A stretch of 64,000 nucleotides of DNA. Source: Candidatus Eiseniibacteriota bacterium. GTDB lineage: Bacteria > Eisenbacteria > RBG-16-71-46 > SZUA-252. The notes beneath the pieces are model-generated. The model did no database searches. It worked only from the letters and a program-made list of their open reading frames with translations, and had not been told where the DNA came from. Both the position numbers and the translations under genes were made by a program. Positions 49,199-60,260 of this stretch are shown in pieces. The DNA is taken from contig VBOW01000018.1 of assembly GCA_005893275.1 (NCBI GenBank), forward strand, positions 12,184 through 76,183, read 5' to 3'. The stretch's first letter is position 1; each line of letters starts with the position of its first letter.

Positions 49199-51377
49199 GA
49201 AGCGGCGTGTGTACGAGGTGGCCAAGGACATGGGCATGTCCAGCGAGGCCCTCGTCCATATCCTGAAATCCCTCTCGGTCGAGGTGAAGAGCCACATGAG
49301 CTCGGTCGGGGACGATGTCGTCGATCAGGTTCGCTCGAAGCTCGCGCGCGAGAAGGAGGCCGTCAAGGAAGAGGAGGCCCGCAAGCGCGAGAAGGCCATC
49401 CTGGCCGCGAAAGCCGAGGCGGAGCGGCGCGGCTCGCCTCCGGGCCGCGGCCCCGGCGTGGCATTCAAGCTCGGCGGCAAGGCGGGGAAGAAGAAAAAGC
49501 GCGCCGTGGACGAGAAGCTCATCCGGGCCAGCGTGAAGCGCACGCTCGCCGAGATGGACGGGAGCAAGCGCCGCCACCACCGCCGCGAGCGCGAGGAGGG
49601 GGTCGCGGTCGGGGTGGAGGAAGCGCCCCGCCTGATCCGCGTGAGCGAATTCATCTCCGTCGCGGAGCTGGCCGGACAGATGGAGGTAAAGCCCCAGGAA
49701 GTGATCCAGGTTTGCATGCAGCTCGGCATCATGGCCAACATCAACCGCCGCCTCGACAAGGACTCGATCATGGCGGTCGCGGACGAATTCGGATACGGGG
49801 TCGAGTTCGTGAGCGAGCTGGGCGAGGAGGAGGTCGAGGTCGCCGAGGAGACCGGCGTCCTCAAGCCGCGCCCGCCGGTGGTCACGATCATGGGGCACGT
49901 GGACCACGGCAAGACATCGCTCCTGGACTACATCCGGAAAACCAATGTGATCGCGGGCGAGGCCGGCGGCATCACGCAGCACATCGGTGCTTACGAGGTC
50001 GAGCTGCCGCGGGGGCAGAAGATCACCTTCCTCGACACGCCCGGCCATGAAGCGTTCACCGCGATGCGCGCGCGCGGCGCGCAGGCCACCGACATCGTCG
50101 TCGTCGTCGTGGCCGCCGACGACCGCGTCATGCCCCAGACGATCGAGGCGATCGACCACGCGCGCGCGGCGAACGTTCCGATCATCGTCGCGATCAACAA
50201 GATCGACCTTCCCGGCGCGAATGTCGACCTCGTGCGCCAGGACCTGGCCAAGCAGAATCTCCTTCCGGAAGAGTGGGGAGGAAAGACGATCGCGGTGCCG
50301 ATTTCCGCCAAGCTCGGGACCGGCGTCGACCGTCTGCTCGAGATGATCCTGCTCCAATCCGAGATCTTGGAGCTCAAGGCCGATCCGAATAAGCCCGCGC
50401 GCGGGGTCGTGATCGAGTCGCGCGTGGAGCAAGGGCGCGGGATCGTCGCTACGGTGCTCGTCCAGAAGGGGACGCTCCGCGGCGGAGATGCGTTCGTCGC
50501 CGGCGCGCAATCGGGCAAGGTCCGGGCGATGAACAACGAGCGCGGGGGGCGCGTGCCCGAAGCGGGACCTTCGACCCCCGTCGAGGTCCTGGGCTGGAGC
50601 GGCGCGCCGCAGGCGGGGGACACCTTCGCGGCGATGGCCGACGAGCGCGAAGCGCGCGAGGTGGCGGCGAAACGCGCGCAGCTCCAGCGGGAGCAGGAGT
50701 TCCGCCTCCACAAGCACGTCACGCTCACCGACCTGTATTCCCAGATCCAGTCGGGAAGCGTGGGCGAGCTTCTGGTCGTGCTCAAGGGGGACGTGGACGG
50801 ATCCGTCGAGGCTCTCGAGGACTCCCTGACCAAGCTCACCACCGAGGAGGTCAAGCTCCGCGTGATCCACCGCGGCGTCGGCCAGATCAGCGAGTCCGAT
50901 GTGCTCCTCGCCACCGCGTCGAACGCGGTCATCATCGGGTTTCACGTGAAGCCCGATCCCAAGGCGACGGAGCTGGCGGGCAAGGAAAAGGTCGACGTCC
51001 GGCTCTACGAGATCATCTACGAGGCGGTCGCCGACGTGAAAGACGCGATGTCGGGCCTCCTGAAGCCCGAGATCCGCGAGACCGTCCTCGGCTCGGCCGA
51101 GGTGAGGCAGATCTTCAACACCACCAAGGCCGGCACGATCGCGGGTTGCAAGGTCGTTTCCGGAGCCATCCAGCGCAGCGCGCGCGCCCGCCTTCTCCGG
51201 GAGGGCTCGTCCGTTTGGGACGGAAAGATCGATTCCCTGCGGCGGTTCAAGGACGACGTGCGCGAGGTGGCGGCCCCGCTGGAGTGCGGAATCGGGCTCG
51301 AGGGACGCGACGACGTGAAAGTGAACGACATGATCGAAGCCTATGTCCTCGAGGAATTCGCGCGTCGGCTTACGTGA
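49188..51377 (+). CDS. infB: translation initiation factor IF-2
   Basis: GTPase G-domain ([18 protein letters not shown]) plus IF2 domains II through IV. Confidence 0.9.
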   Translation: MPVKKRRVYEVAKDMGMSSEALVHILKSLSVEVKSHMSSVGDDVVDQVRSKLAREKEAVKEEEARKREKAILAAKAEAERRGSPPGRGPGVAFKLGGKAGKKKKRAVDEKLIRASVKRTLAEMDGSKRRHHRREREEGVAVGVEEAPRLIRVSEFISVAELAGQMEVKPQEVIQVCMQLGIMANINRRLDKDSIMAVADEFGYGVEFVSELGEEEVEVAEETGVLKPRPPVVTIMGHVDHGKTSLLDYIRKTNVIAGEAGGITQHIGAYEVELPRGQKITFLDTPGHEAFTAMRARGAQATDIVVVVVAADDRVMPQTIEAIDHARAANVPIIVAINKIDLPGANVDLVRQDLAKQNLLPEEWGGKTIAVPISAKLGTGVDRLLEMILLQSEILELKADPNKPARGVVIESRVEQGRGIVATVLVQKGTLRGGDAFVAGAQSGKVRAMNNERGGRVPEAGPSTPVEVLGWSGAPQAGDTFAAMADEREAREVAAKRAQLQREQEFRLHKHVTLTDLYSQIQSGSVGELLVVLKGDVDGSVEALEDSLTKLTTEEVKLRVIHRGVGQISESDVLLATASNAVIIGFHVKPDPKATELAGKEKVDVRLYEIIYEAVADVKDAMSGLLKPEIRETVLGSAEVRQIFNTTKAGTIAGCKVVSGAIQRSARARLLREGSSVWDGKIDSLRRFKDDVREVAAPLECGIGLEGRDDVKVNDMIEAYVLEEFARRLT

Positions 51378-51378
51378 G

Positions 51379-51660
51379 ATGGTAGTCGGCCTGCTCCAGA
51401 TGGAGCTTCACCTTCCCGCCTCCCACTCGCTCAAGGCGAAGCGCTCGGTCGTGAACCACGTCAAGGAGCGGCTCCGGACGCGCTTCAACGCGTCCGTGGC
51501 GGAAGTGGACCACCAGGACTTGTGGCAGCGCGCGACGCTGGGCGTGGCGGTCGTGAGCGGAGAGCCGGGCGTGTTGGACAAGGTGCTTCGAGACATCCTG
51601 GCCTGCGTGGAGCGGGAGGACCGCCTCGCGGTCCTGGACTACCAGATCCGAATCGACTGA
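51379..51660 (+). CDS. DUF503 (YlxP-like) protein
   Basis: Small conserved ORF lying between infB and rbfA. Confidence 0.6.
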   Translation: MVVGLLQMELHLPASHSLKAKRSVVNHVKERLRTRFNASVAEVDHQDLWQRATLGVAVVSGEPGVLDKVLRDILACVEREDRLAVLDYQIRID

Positions 51661-51674
51661 CCGGCATTCCTACG

Positions 51675-52043
51675 ATGCCTTCACGCAAGCAGAGTCCCCG
51701 CACGCGCCGCGTGGCGGACCGGATCCAGGTCGAGCTGGCCGAGATCCTGAGCACCAGGACGGAAGACCCGAGGCTTCGCGTGCTCTCGGTGACGGGAGCA
51801 GAGGTGAGCCGCGACTTCTCCCTCGCGAAGGTCTGGGTGGCCGGGACGCTCCTGACCCCGGACTCGGAACCCAACGTGCTCCAGGCGCTCGCCCGCGCGA
51901 CGCCGTACTTTCGCAGCCTCCTGGCGGCCCGGCTGGGGCTTCGCATCGTCCCCGAGCTCCAGTTCCAGATCGACCGGTCGATCGAGAAGGGTGCGCGAAT
52001 CGAGCAGCTCCTGCGTGAAATTCAGGAACCTCCCGATGAATGA
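51675..52043 (+). CDS. rbfA: ribosome-binding factor A
   Basis: RbfA KH-like core. Confidence 0.85.
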   Translation: MPSRKQSPRTRRVADRIQVELAEILSTRTEDPRLRVLSVTGAEVSRDFSLAKVWVAGTLLTPDSEPNVLQALARATPYFRSLLAARLGLRIVPELQFQIDRSIEKGARIEQLLREIQEPPDE

Positions 52044-53031
52044 CGTCACGCTCGAGGGGCTCGAAGCGTTTCTTGCGGGTCGCGAGGAGTTCCTGGTGAC
52101 CGCGCACATCGATCCCGACGGCGACGCGGTGGGATCCTGCCTCGGCCTCAAGCTCGCGCTGGATCACATGGGGAAAACGGCGGAGGTAGTGCTCGACTCG
52201 CCGGTCCCCGCCGCGCTCCTCTTCCTGCCGGCCGCGTCGACGATCCGGCGTCCGGATCATGTTCAGAAGAAATTCGATTCCGCCTTCGTGCTCGACAGCT
52301 CCTCGCTGGATCGTACGGGCTCGGTTCCGGAGCGTTGCCTGAATCCCGGAGCCAAGATCGCGGTCTTCGACCATCACTGGGGAAACGACGGGTTCGGAGA
52401 TATCCGCCTCGTCAATCCGGAGGCGTCCGCCACGGCCGAGCTGGTCTACGACGTCATCGACCTTCTTCACATTCCGATCTCTCCCGAAATCGCCGAGTGC
52501 CTCTATGCCGGCATCCTCTCCGATACGGGCGGCTTCCGTTACGCGAACACCTCCTCCCGCACCCTGCGCGTCGCCGCGAGGTTGGTCGAGCGCGGGGCCA
52601 GGGCGCCCGTGGTCGCCGAGGCGCTCTACGCGACGAAAACGGCGCCGAGCTTGCGCATCCTGGGCTTGGCGCTCGCCTCGCTCGAGACGCGGAGCGGGGG
52701 AAGAATCGGGGCGATGACCATCTCACGGGACATGTTCGAGCGGGCGGGCGCGACGCCCGAGGATGCCGACGGAATCGTCCAGTATGCCAAGGCTCTCGCG
52801 GGCGCGCGTGTGGGCGTGCTCGTCCAAGAGGTGGCGCCGAACGAAATCAGAGCGAGCCTCCGGTCGGACGGGACGGTGGATGTGAACGAGGTGGCGTCCC
52901 TGTTCGGCGGCGGAGGTCACCGGAACGCGGCGGGGCTTCGGGTGCGGGGGGATTTGGAGCGGGTCCGAAACGACCTCTACGAGGCCCTCGACCGGGCGAT
53001 GAATGGCGGACCTCCTCCATCTGCTGGATAA
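52036..53031 (+). CDS. nrnA: DHH/DHHA1 phosphoesterase (NrnA-like oligoribonuclease / pAp phosphatase)
   Basis: DHH motifs (HIDPDGDAVGS, DHH) and DHHA1 (GGGH). Confidence 0.7.
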   Translation: MNDVTLEGLEAFLAGREEFLVTAHIDPDGDAVGSCLGLKLALDHMGKTAEVVLDSPVPAALLFLPAASTIRRPDHVQKKFDSAFVLDSSSLDRTGSVPERCLNPGAKIAVFDHHWGNDGFGDIRLVNPEASATAELVYDVIDLLHIPISPEIAECLYAGILSDTGGFRYANTSSRTLRVAARLVERGARAPVVAEALYATKTAPSLRILGLALASLETRSGGRIGAMTISRDMFERAGATPEDADGIVQYAKALAGARVGVLVQEVAPNEIRASLRSDGTVDVNEVASLFGGGGHRNAAGLRVRGDLERVRNDLYEALDRAMNGGPPPSAG

Positions 53032-53944
53032 GCCGGAAGGCTGGACCTCCCACGACGTGGTCGCGCGCATGCGGCGAATCCTGGGCGAGCGCCGCGTGGG
53101 CCACGCCGGAACGCTCGATCCTTTCGCCACGGGGCTCCTCATCCTGGCCGAAGGGCGGGCGACGGCGCTCCTCGGCTGCGTGAGCCTCCTCCCGAAACGC
53201 TATCTCGCGAAGGCGCGCCTCGGGATCGCGACCGACACGCAGGACCGAACCGGGAAGCCCATCCGCGTCTCGGAGCGGATCCCCGGGCGGGAAGGGATCC
53301 AGGCGGCGCTCGAGCGCCTGCGTGGGGTGACCCGCCAGCGCCCGCCGCTCTATTCGGCGGTAAGGGTGCGGGGTGAGCGGCTCTATAAGGCGGCGCGCCG
53401 GGGTGAATCCCCGGACCCCGGGGAGCGTACGATCCGGGTCTATGAGCTTGAGGTGCTCGACGGCACGTTGCCGGAGCTTGGCCTCGACTTGACGGTGAGC
53501 CGGGGCACGTACGTGCGCACGCTGGCCCATGACTTGGGCGAGTTGCTCGGGTGCGGCGCCCACCTCCTCTCCTTGCGCCGGATCGCATCGGGACCATTCC
53601 ACGTGGACGAGGCCCTTTCGCCCGAGCCCTGCTCCGGGAATGGGGCGGGCGATTTTCGCGGGCGCGCGCTCACCCCCGCCCAAGCTGTGATGCACCTGCC
53701 GCGCGCGACGCTCACCTCGGAGGAGGCGGCGCGGCTCCGCCACGGTCGCGCGCCGGCTCTGGGCCCCGACCGGATCGAGCCCGCGCCCCTCGGCTATCCG
53801 CTTCCTCCCGGGGAGACGCGCTGGCCGCTCGCCCTTCTCGCGCCGGAGGGTGAGCTGCTCGGGCTCGCGGAATCCCCGTGCCCGGCGGTCCCTTCCGAGG
53901 CGCCACCCCAGGCCGTGGTCCGTCTTCTGCGCGTGTTTCCATGA
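53003..53944 (+). CDS. truB: tRNA pseudouridine(55) synthase
   Basis: TruB catalytic motif (HAGTLDP). Confidence 0.9.
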   Translation: MADLLHLLDKPEGWTSHDVVARMRRILGERRVGHAGTLDPFATGLLILAEGRATALLGCVSLLPKRYLAKARLGIATDTQDRTGKPIRVSERIPGREGIQAALERLRGVTRQRPPLYSAVRVRGERLYKAARRGESPDPGERTIRVYELEVLDGTLPELGLDLTVSRGTYVRTLAHDLGELLGCGAHLLSLRRIASGPFHVDEALSPEPCSGNGAGDFRGRALTPAQAVMHLPRATLTSEEAARLRHGRAPALGPDRIEPAPLGYPLPPGETRWPLALLAPEGELLGLAESPCPAVPSEAPPQAVVRLLRVFP

Positions 53945-54888
53945 CCCGGATCTCACGTCCGATCGCGATGACGATCGGGGTTTTTGACGGGTTGCACTTG
54001 GGTCACCAGCGCGTGATCGCGGCGACCGTGGAGGTCGCGCGAGAGCGCGGCGGGATCGCGTGGGTGACGACCTTCGACCCGCACCCCGACACGATCGTGC
54101 GCGGCGTGCCGCCTCGTCCTTGGATCACCCCCCCGGAGGAGCGCGAAGAGCTGCTCCACGCGATGGGTGTCGACCGGGTGCACGTGGAGCGCTTCGATAG
54201 GAGCGTTCAGGCCCTGCCGCCCGAGGGATTCATCGACCGCGTGCTCGGCGTCGGCGCGCCGCTGGCGGTGCTCGTCATCGGACCCGATTTTCGGATGGGG
54301 CGCGACCGTGTCGGAGACCGCGCGTATCTCGAAGCTCTGGGGGAGCGACGCGGATTCGCGGTCCGTGAGGTGCCGTTCCTCATGGGGGGTGGAGGAAAGC
54401 TCTCGAGCACCGCGCTGAGGGGGCTCATCCAGGCGGGGTCGGTCGAGGAAGCGTCGGCGATGCTCGGCCGCCCGTACTCGCTGCGCGGCCGGGTCGGTTC
54501 CGGCGCCGGCCGCGGCAGGCAGCTAGGGTACCCCACGGCCAATTTGGAGGTTCACCCGGCGAAGCTCTTGCCCGCACCAGGTATTTACATATCCAGCAAT
54601 AGATTGCTTGGAATCACATGGCCCGGCCTTACGTACGTCGGAAGCGCGGAGACGTTTGGGCCGGGGCCGGTCCGGGTCGAGGCGCATCTTCTGGATTACG
54701 ACGGCAAGGAGTCGCTCCGCGGGAAGGTGCTCGTCACGAGCCTCGTGCGGAGGCTCCGCGGAGACGAGGTCTTCGAAAGCCCCGAGGCGCTCATCCGGGC
54801 CATGGATCAGGACCGGGCAAGGGCCGCGGAATACTGGAGTTCCAGGGCGGCCGCGCGTGGAACGATATCGGGGAGCGTCCCAGATTGA
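53941..54888 (+). CDS. ribF: bifunctional riboflavin kinase / FMN adenylyltransferase
   Basis: FAD synthetase N-terminal domain (GVFDGLHLGHQ) plus riboflavin kinase C-terminal domain (PTANL, E...LLDY). Confidence 0.9.
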   Translation: MTRISRPIAMTIGVFDGLHLGHQRVIAATVEVARERGGIAWVTTFDPHPDTIVRGVPPRPWITPPEEREELLHAMGVDRVHVERFDRSVQALPPEGFIDRVLGVGAPLAVLVIGPDFRMGRDRVGDRAYLEALGERRGFAVREVPFLMGGGGKLSSTALRGLIQAGSVEEASAMLGRPYSLRGRVGSGAGRGRQLGYPTANLEVHPAKLLPAPGIYISSNRLLGITWPGLTYVGSAETFGPGPVRVEAHLLDYDGKESLRGKVLVTSLVRRLRGDEVFESPEALIRAMDQDRARAAEYWSSRAAARGTISGSVPD

Positions 54889-54901
54889 GCGTTGCATCCA
54901 G

Positions 54902-54931
54902 ATTCCACTCTGTTGTAAAGTGCGGCCGTCC
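54902..54931 (+). promoter_or_regulatory. candidate sigma-70 promoter for rpsO (TTGCAT-N18-TAAAGT)
   Basis: Hexamers sit in the 78-nt gap between ribF and rpsO. Confidence 0.35.
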
Positions 54932-54966
54932 AGAGAGAGAGGGAAAGTCATGGAGGTGGACCACCG

Positions 54967-55236
54967 GTGCCGTTGACACCTGAGAGGAAGCGCGAGGTTA
55001 TCGATCACTTCCGCACCCACGAGACGGACTCGGGGTCCGCGGAAGTCCAGATCGCGCTCCTGACCGAACGCATCAAATACCTGACGGAGCACTTCAAGGT
55101 GCACAAGCGCGACCATCACAGTCGGCGCGGGTTGCTCCGAATGGTCGGTCAACGACGCAGGCTGCTCGACTATCTGAAGTCCTCCAACGTCGAGCGCTAC
55201 CGGATGGTGGTCAAGGAGCTCGGTCTCCGCAAATAG
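54967..55236 (+). CDS. rpsO: 30S ribosomal protein S15
   Basis: S15 signature ([19 protein letters not shown]). Confidence 0.9.
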   Translation: MPLTPERKREVIDHFRTHETDSGSAEVQIALLTERIKYLTEHFKVHKRDHHSRRGLLRMVGQRRRLLDYLKSSNVERYRMVVKELGLRK

Positions 55237-55390
55237 CGCTCCTGTCCGGGCGGCAGCGCGCCCGCGAGCACGCTCACCCGAAGACTCCCCCAAAACTCCC
55301 TGCGCTCCGTCCGGCTCCATGGCCGCCCTGCGGAGCGCCTCGTTGCATTAGAAGGGTCATGATCGAATCGAGAGATGGAAGGAGAAGAGA

Positions 55391-57556
55391 ATGCCCGAAT
55401 CTGTAAGCCTCGACCTTGGGGGCCGTACCTTCAGCATCGAAGTCGGCAAGGTCGCCAAGCAAGCCTCCGGGTCAGCGTGGGTGCGGTACGGGGACACGGT
55501 GGTTCTGGTCGCCGCGGTCGCATCCAAGTACCCGATCGACAAGGACTTCTTTCCCCTTAGCGTGGAATACCGGGAGAAGACCTACGCAGCCGGGAAGATC
55601 CCCGGTGGTTTCTTCAAGCGCGAGGGGCGACCCACGGAGAAGGAAATCCTGAGCAGCCGGTTGATCGACCGTCCGCTGCGGCCTTTGTTCCCGGACGGTT
55701 TCCGCAACGAGATCCAGATCTCCGCCACGGTCCTTTCCTCGGATCAGGCGAATGATTCGGACATCCTGGGAATCACCGGCGCCTCGGTCGCGCTCATGGT
55801 CTCGGACATCCCGTTTCCGGAGCCGGTCTCGGGGGTCAGAGTCGGATTCGTGGAAGGCAAGCTGGTCCTGAATCCGACGTTCCAGGAGCTGGAGCAATCC
55901 GCCCTGGACATGGTCGTGGCCGGCACCGATTCCTCGATCGTGATGGTCGAGGGAGGGGCCCGCGAAGTGCCCGAAGCGACGGTTGTGGAGGCGCTCCGGT
56001 TCGCGCACAAGCACATCCTCGAGCTGAACAAGATCCAGGTCGAGCTTCGGCGCCGCATCGGGAAGCCGAAGCGCGAGTTTGCCGTTCCGCCGAAGGATGC
56101 GGGCCTCGAGGCGGCCGTGGAGCGCGAGTTCGGCGATCGCGTCCGCCGGGCAAACGAGATTCAAACGAAGGAGGAGCGCCAGGCGGAGCTCGACCGCGTG
56201 AAGGAAGAGGCGCTCGCCAAATTCGAGGAGTCCCACCCCGATATGGGGAAGCAGATCGCCACGATCCTCGAGCACATCGAGAGCCAGGATCTGCGTCGTC
56301 GGATCTTGAAGGAAGGCCGGCGCGCCGACGGGCGGGGCCCGGACGACATCAGGGCGATCACGTGCGAAGTCGGCGTGCTGCCGCGCACGCACGGATCCGC
56401 GCTCTTCACCCGCGGCCAAACCCAGAGCCTGGTCGCGACGACGCTCGGAACGAAAGTGGACGAGCAGCGCGTCGAGGAGCTGGAAGGTCAGTCCTGGAAG
56501 AGCTACATGCTGCATTATAACTTCCCGCCCTTCAGCGTCGGGGAGGTGAGACCGATGCGCGGGCCCGGCCGGCGCGAAATCGGCCACGGCGCGCTCGCCG
56601 AACGCGCGATCGAGCCCCTGATTCCTTCCGACATCGACTTCCCCTACACCATTCGCGTCGTCTCGGACATTCTCGAGTCAAACGGTAGCTCGTCGATGGC
56701 GACGGTGTGCGGGGGTAGTCTTTCCTTGATGGACGCGGGCGTTCCGATCAAGGCCCACGTCGCCGGAATCGCGATGGGCCTGATCAAAGATGGAAATGAC
56801 ATCGCGATCCTGACGGACATTCTGGGCGTCGAGGATCATCTGGGGGACATGGACTTCAAGGTGACCGGCACCCGCGAGGGCATCACCGCGTTCCAGATGG
56901 ACATCAAGATCGAAGGCCTCTCGATGGACATCATGTCGCGCGCGCTCGAGAAGGCCCGCGTCGCGAGGATGCACGTCCTGGGCAAGATGGAGGCGGCGAT
57001 CGCGACACCGCGCGCCGAGCTCTCGCCCTACGCGCCGCGGATCTACATCATGATGATCGATCCGGACAAGATCCGGGAGGTCATCGGACCAGGCGGCAAG
57101 ATGATCAAGAAGATCAGCGCCGAGACGGGGACCCAGATCGACATCGAGGACTCCGGCGAAGTCCGCATCGCAGCGTTCAGCGGGGCGGACGGGGACCGGG
57201 CGCGAGACATCATCCGATCGATCACCGAGGACCCCGAGGTCGGGCGCATTTATTCGGGGATCGTGCGCCGGGTGGTGCCGTTCGGGGCCTTCGTCGAAAT
57301 CTCCCCGGGCAAAGACGGCTTGGTCCACATCTCGGAGCTCGAGCCGCACCGCGTGGAGCGGGTCGAGGACGTCATCAACGAAGGGGACACGGTCCTGGTC
57401 AAGGTGATCGGGATCGACCGCGAAGGCAAGATCAAGCTGAGCCGCAAGCAAGCGCTCCCGGGATACGAGGAGTCCGGGGACCACGAAGCACAGCGCCGGC
57501 CGCCGGGCGGCGGCGGGGAGCGCCCCCGGAGGAAGCCGGAGCACTCGCGCCGCTAG
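55391..57556 (+). CDS. pnp: polyribonucleotide nucleotidyltransferase (PNPase)
   Basis: Two RNase PH domains, a KH domain and an S1 domain. AAGGAGAAGAGA Shine-Dalgarno upstream. Confidence 0.95.
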   Translation: MPESVSLDLGGRTFSIEVGKVAKQASGSAWVRYGDTVVLVAAVASKYPIDKDFFPLSVEYREKTYAAGKIPGGFFKREGRPTEKEILSSRLIDRPLRPLFPDGFRNEIQISATVLSSDQANDSDILGITGASVALMVSDIPFPEPVSGVRVGFVEGKLVLNPTFQELEQSALDMVVAGTDSSIVMVEGGAREVPEATVVEALRFAHKHILELNKIQVELRRRIGKPKREFAVPPKDAGLEAAVEREFGDRVRRANEIQTKEERQAELDRVKEEALAKFEESHPDMGKQIATILEHIESQDLRRRILKEGRRADGRGPDDIRAITCEVGVLPRTHGSALFTRGQTQSLVATTLGTKVDEQRVEELEGQSWKSYMLHYNFPPFSVGEVRPMRGPGRREIGHGALAERAIEPLIPSDIDFPYTIRVVSDILESNGSSSMATVCGGSLSLMDAGVPIKAHVAGIAMGLIKDGNDIAILTDILGVEDHLGDMDFKVTGTREGITAFQMDIKIEGLSMDIMSRALEKARVARMHVLGKMEAAIATPRAELSPYAPRIYIMMIDPDKIREVIGPGGKMIKKISAETGTQIDIEDSGEVRIAAFSGADGDRARDIIRSITEDPEVGRIYSGIVRRVVPFGAFVEISPGKDGLVHISELEPHRVERVEDVINEGDTVLVKVIGIDREGKIKLSRKQALPGYEESGDHEAQRRPPGGGGERPRRKPEHSRR

Positions 57557-57588
57557 CGCGCCGTCGAAGAGCGGTTCGGACCACGTCC

Positions 57589-57618
57589 AGCGGAGGCCAC
57601 GGCCTCCGTTCTGGTTTG
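57589..57618 (+). terminator. possible intrinsic terminator after pnp
   Basis: GC-rich 9-10-bp stem (CGGAGGCC pairing with GGCCTCCG) followed by the U-containing tract GTTCTGGTTTG. Confidence 0.35.
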
Positions 57619-57628
57619 AGGAGGGTCG

Positions 57629-58912
57629 TTGGACGAAGGGGATCGGTTTCGCCGGGTCGAGCTTCCGTCCGGCCTGACCGTGATCGGCGAGCACGTGGAC
57701 TCCGTGCGTTCCCTGTCGATCGGGGTTTGGGTCAAGGTAGGGGCGCGGCATGAGGCGACGCCCGAATCGGGGATGTCGCATTTCCTCGAGCACATGGTTT
57801 TCAAGGGAACGCACACCCGGGACGCCTACGAGCTGGCGCTGAGCCTGGAATCGGTCGGCGGCCACCTGGACGCGTTCACCGGCCGCGAAGTGACCTGTTT
57901 CGACGCGCGCGCTTTGGACGAGCACTTGAACCTCGCGGTGGAGGTGCTCGCGGATCTCGTTCTGAACCCCAAGCTCGATCCCGACGACGTGGAGAAGGAA
58001 AAGAAGGTCATTCTGGACGAGATCCACACCTACGAGGACACGCCCGACGAGAGAATCCACGACCTTTTCGCCGACGTCGTGTGGTCCGGGCATCCGCTGG
58101 GCAACCGGATCCTCGGCACCCGCGAATCGGTCCAGGCATTTACGCGTGAGGACGTCGCGCGCTACCACGCGCGCCGGTACTGCGCTTCCAATCTTCTCGT
58201 CGCGATCGCGGGCCGCTTCGACTGGGAGCGGTTCGTGGGTGAGGTTTCGTCCCGGTTCGGCGATGCTCCGCCCGGGGTCCCGCCCGAATCCAAGAGCGTG
58301 CAACCGAACGGCCGGGACGTGGTTCATCATGTAAAGGACCTGGCGCAGCAATACCTCTGTATCGGCGGCCGGGGTCTCCCATCCCAGCATCCCGACCGCC
58401 ACGCACTGATCGTTCTCTCAACCCTGCTGGGCGGAGGCATGAGCTCACGCCTGTTCCAGCGGGTGCGGGAGCAGGAGGGGTTGGCCTATTCGGTCTATAC
58501 CTATGCGGATTTCTACCGCGACGCGGGAATCATCTGCGCGGGGATGAACGTCCAGCCGCAGCACGGCCGGAGGGTCGTGGCGCTGACGCTGGAAGAGTTC
58601 GAGCGCGTCATCCGGCAGGGCGTACCTGAAAATGAGCTCCGTTCCGTGAAGGCACAGCTCAAGGGGAATCTCCTCCTGGGGCTCGAGAGCACTTCGAACC
58701 GGATGAACCGGATCGCGCGGAACCAGCTTTATGAAGGACGCTTCGTCTCTGTGGACGAGCTGGTTCGGAGGGTGGACTTGGTGCGATCCGAAGATGTCCA
58801 AAGGGTGGCGTTGGAGTTGATCTCGCGCGATCGGATCTCGCTCGTCGCGCTCGGGCCCAGCGCGGGCTCCGAGTTCGAAACGGGTGACCTCATGCTCGGA
58901 ACCGCCGCGTGA
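57629..58912 (+). CDS. M16-family zinc peptidase (pitrilysin-like)
   Basis: Inverted zinc motif HFLEH...E. Two M16 halves. Confidence 0.8.
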   Translation: MDEGDRFRRVELPSGLTVIGEHVDSVRSLSIGVWVKVGARHEATPESGMSHFLEHMVFKGTHTRDAYELALSLESVGGHLDAFTGREVTCFDARALDEHLNLAVEVLADLVLNPKLDPDDVEKEKKVILDEIHTYEDTPDERIHDLFADVVWSGHPLGNRILGTRESVQAFTREDVARYHARRYCASNLLVAIAGRFDWERFVGEVSSRFGDAPPGVPPESKSVQPNGRDVVHHVKDLAQQYLCIGGRGLPSQHPDRHALIVLSTLLGGGMSSRLFQRVREQEGLAYSVYTYADFYRDAGIICAGMNVQPQHGRRVVALTLEEFERVIRQGVPENELRSVKAQLKGNLLLGLESTSNRMNRIARNQLYEGRFVSVDELVRRVDLVRSEDVQRVALELISRDRISLVALGPSAGSEFETGDLMLGTAA

Positions 58913-59388
58913 GCGATCGGCCGGATCTCGAGGACCGGATGGAGGCGGGCGCGGTTCCGCTGCGCGTTTCCCTGGAGCCGCACGCGTTCGCTCCGCCCGC
59001 CTACCAAAGCGAGCATGCCGCCGGGCTTGACGTCTTCGCGGCCGTCTTGGAGCCGCTCACGATTGGACCGGGCCAGGTGGCGGCGGTGCCGACCGGCGTG
59101 CGCCTGGAGATCCCCCGCGGGTATGAAGCCCAGGTGCGGCCGCGCAGCGGGCTCGCGCTCAGGCACCGGATCGGGATTCCGAACGGTCCGGGAACGATCG
59201 ACGCCGATTACCGCGGAGAAGTGAAGGTCTTGCTCATCAACTTCGGGGAAGAGCCGTACATCGTTCATCGCGGCGACCGAATCGCCCAGCTCGTGTTCGC
59301 CAGAGTGGCCAGAGTCTCGCTCACGGTAGCGGCCGCGCTCCATGAGACCGCGCGAGGCGACGGCGGATTCGGACACACCGGGCGATGA
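58909..59388 (+). CDS. dut: dUTP diphosphatase
   Basis: dUTPase motifs ([31 protein letters not shown]). Confidence 0.9.
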   Translation: MSDRPDLEDRMEAGAVPLRVSLEPHAFAPPAYQSEHAAGLDVFAAVLEPLTIGPGQVAAVPTGVRLEIPRGYEAQVRPRSGLALRHRIGIPNGPGTIDADYRGEVKVLLINFGEEPYIVHRGDRIAQLVFARVARVSLTVAAALHETARGDGGFGHTGR

Positions 59389-60260
59389 CGCGCCATCAGG
59401 CGCGCGGATGCACGGGCCGCAGGCTCCTTCTGGGATGCGCCCTTCTCGCCTTTCTTCTCTCCTCGCTCCTGATGGTTCCACTGCGCCGGGATCGCGCCGA
59501 GGCGCTCGAGCCCACGCCCCCGTCGAACCCGGATACGGTCGACCTCACGCCGTATCTCACCCAGCGGGAAGCACGACACGCCAAGGTGCCGTGGAAAATC
59601 GGCGAGTACTTCCAGTTCTCGATCGATTGGAGCGGCTTGAACGGCGGGAACGCGCTCATGCAGGTCCAGAACATGCAAACCGTCGACGGACGCCGCACGT
59701 GGCGAATCGTCACGAAGGCGGAGTCGAACTCGTTCGTCTCGAAGTTCTACAAGGTGCGCGACCGCGCGGAATCCTTCGTCGACGCCGAATCTCTCTATAC
59801 GCGCCGTTTCGAAAAACATATCCGGGAAGGGTCCTACAAGAAGGATCTCTCGGTGAGGTTCGACCAGGAGAACCGGAAGGCGATCTATCAAGACGGGAAG
59901 TCCTACGAAGTGGCGCCCCAAGTGCAGGACGTCCTTTCCGCCTTCTACTACGTGAGGACGCTTCCGCTCCCGGACGGCGCCACGATCGTAATCCCCACGC
60001 ATGACAACGAGAAGACCTACGACATGGTGGTGAACGTGATCCGGCGCGAGCGGGTCGAAGTGCCGGCCGGTAAATTCGATTGCGTCCTGGTGGAGCCGGT
60101 GCTCAAGTCCGAGGGAATCTTCAAGTCCAGAGGTCAGATGTACGTCTGGCTTTCGGACGACGAGCGGAGGATCCCGGTGCAGGTCAAGAGCAAAGTTCCC
60201 ATCGGGTCGATCTCAGTGAGCCTGACCGATATGAGACTCGCTTTCGTGGGAAAACGGTGA
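59385..60260 (+). CDS. DUF3108-like secreted/membrane-anchored protein
   Basis: N-terminal hydrophobic anchor, then a beta-rich domain resembling DUF3108. ATGA overlap with dut. Confidence 0.5.
   Translation: MTRHQARGCTGRRLLLGCALLAFLLSSLLMVPLRRDRAEALEPTPPSNPDTVDLTPYLTQREARHAKVPWKIGEYFQFSIDWSGLNGGNALMQVQNMQTVDGRRTWRIVTKAESNSFVSKFYKVRDRAESFVDAESLYTRRFEKHIREGSYKKDLSVRFDQENRKAIYQDGKSYEVAPQVQDVLSAFYYVRTLPLPDGATIVIPTHDNEKTYDMVVNVIRRERVEVPAGKFDCVLVEPVLKSEGIFKSRGQMYVWLSDDERRIPVQVKSKVPIGSISVSLTDMRLAFVGKR

Noticed and set aside
55237-55390. rpsO-pnp intergenic terminator/RNase III site analogous to E. coli
   Set aside because: The region is GC-rich with several short stems, such as CGGGCG/CGCCCG, but none is followed by a U-tract. 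I cannot support a specific structure from sequence alone.
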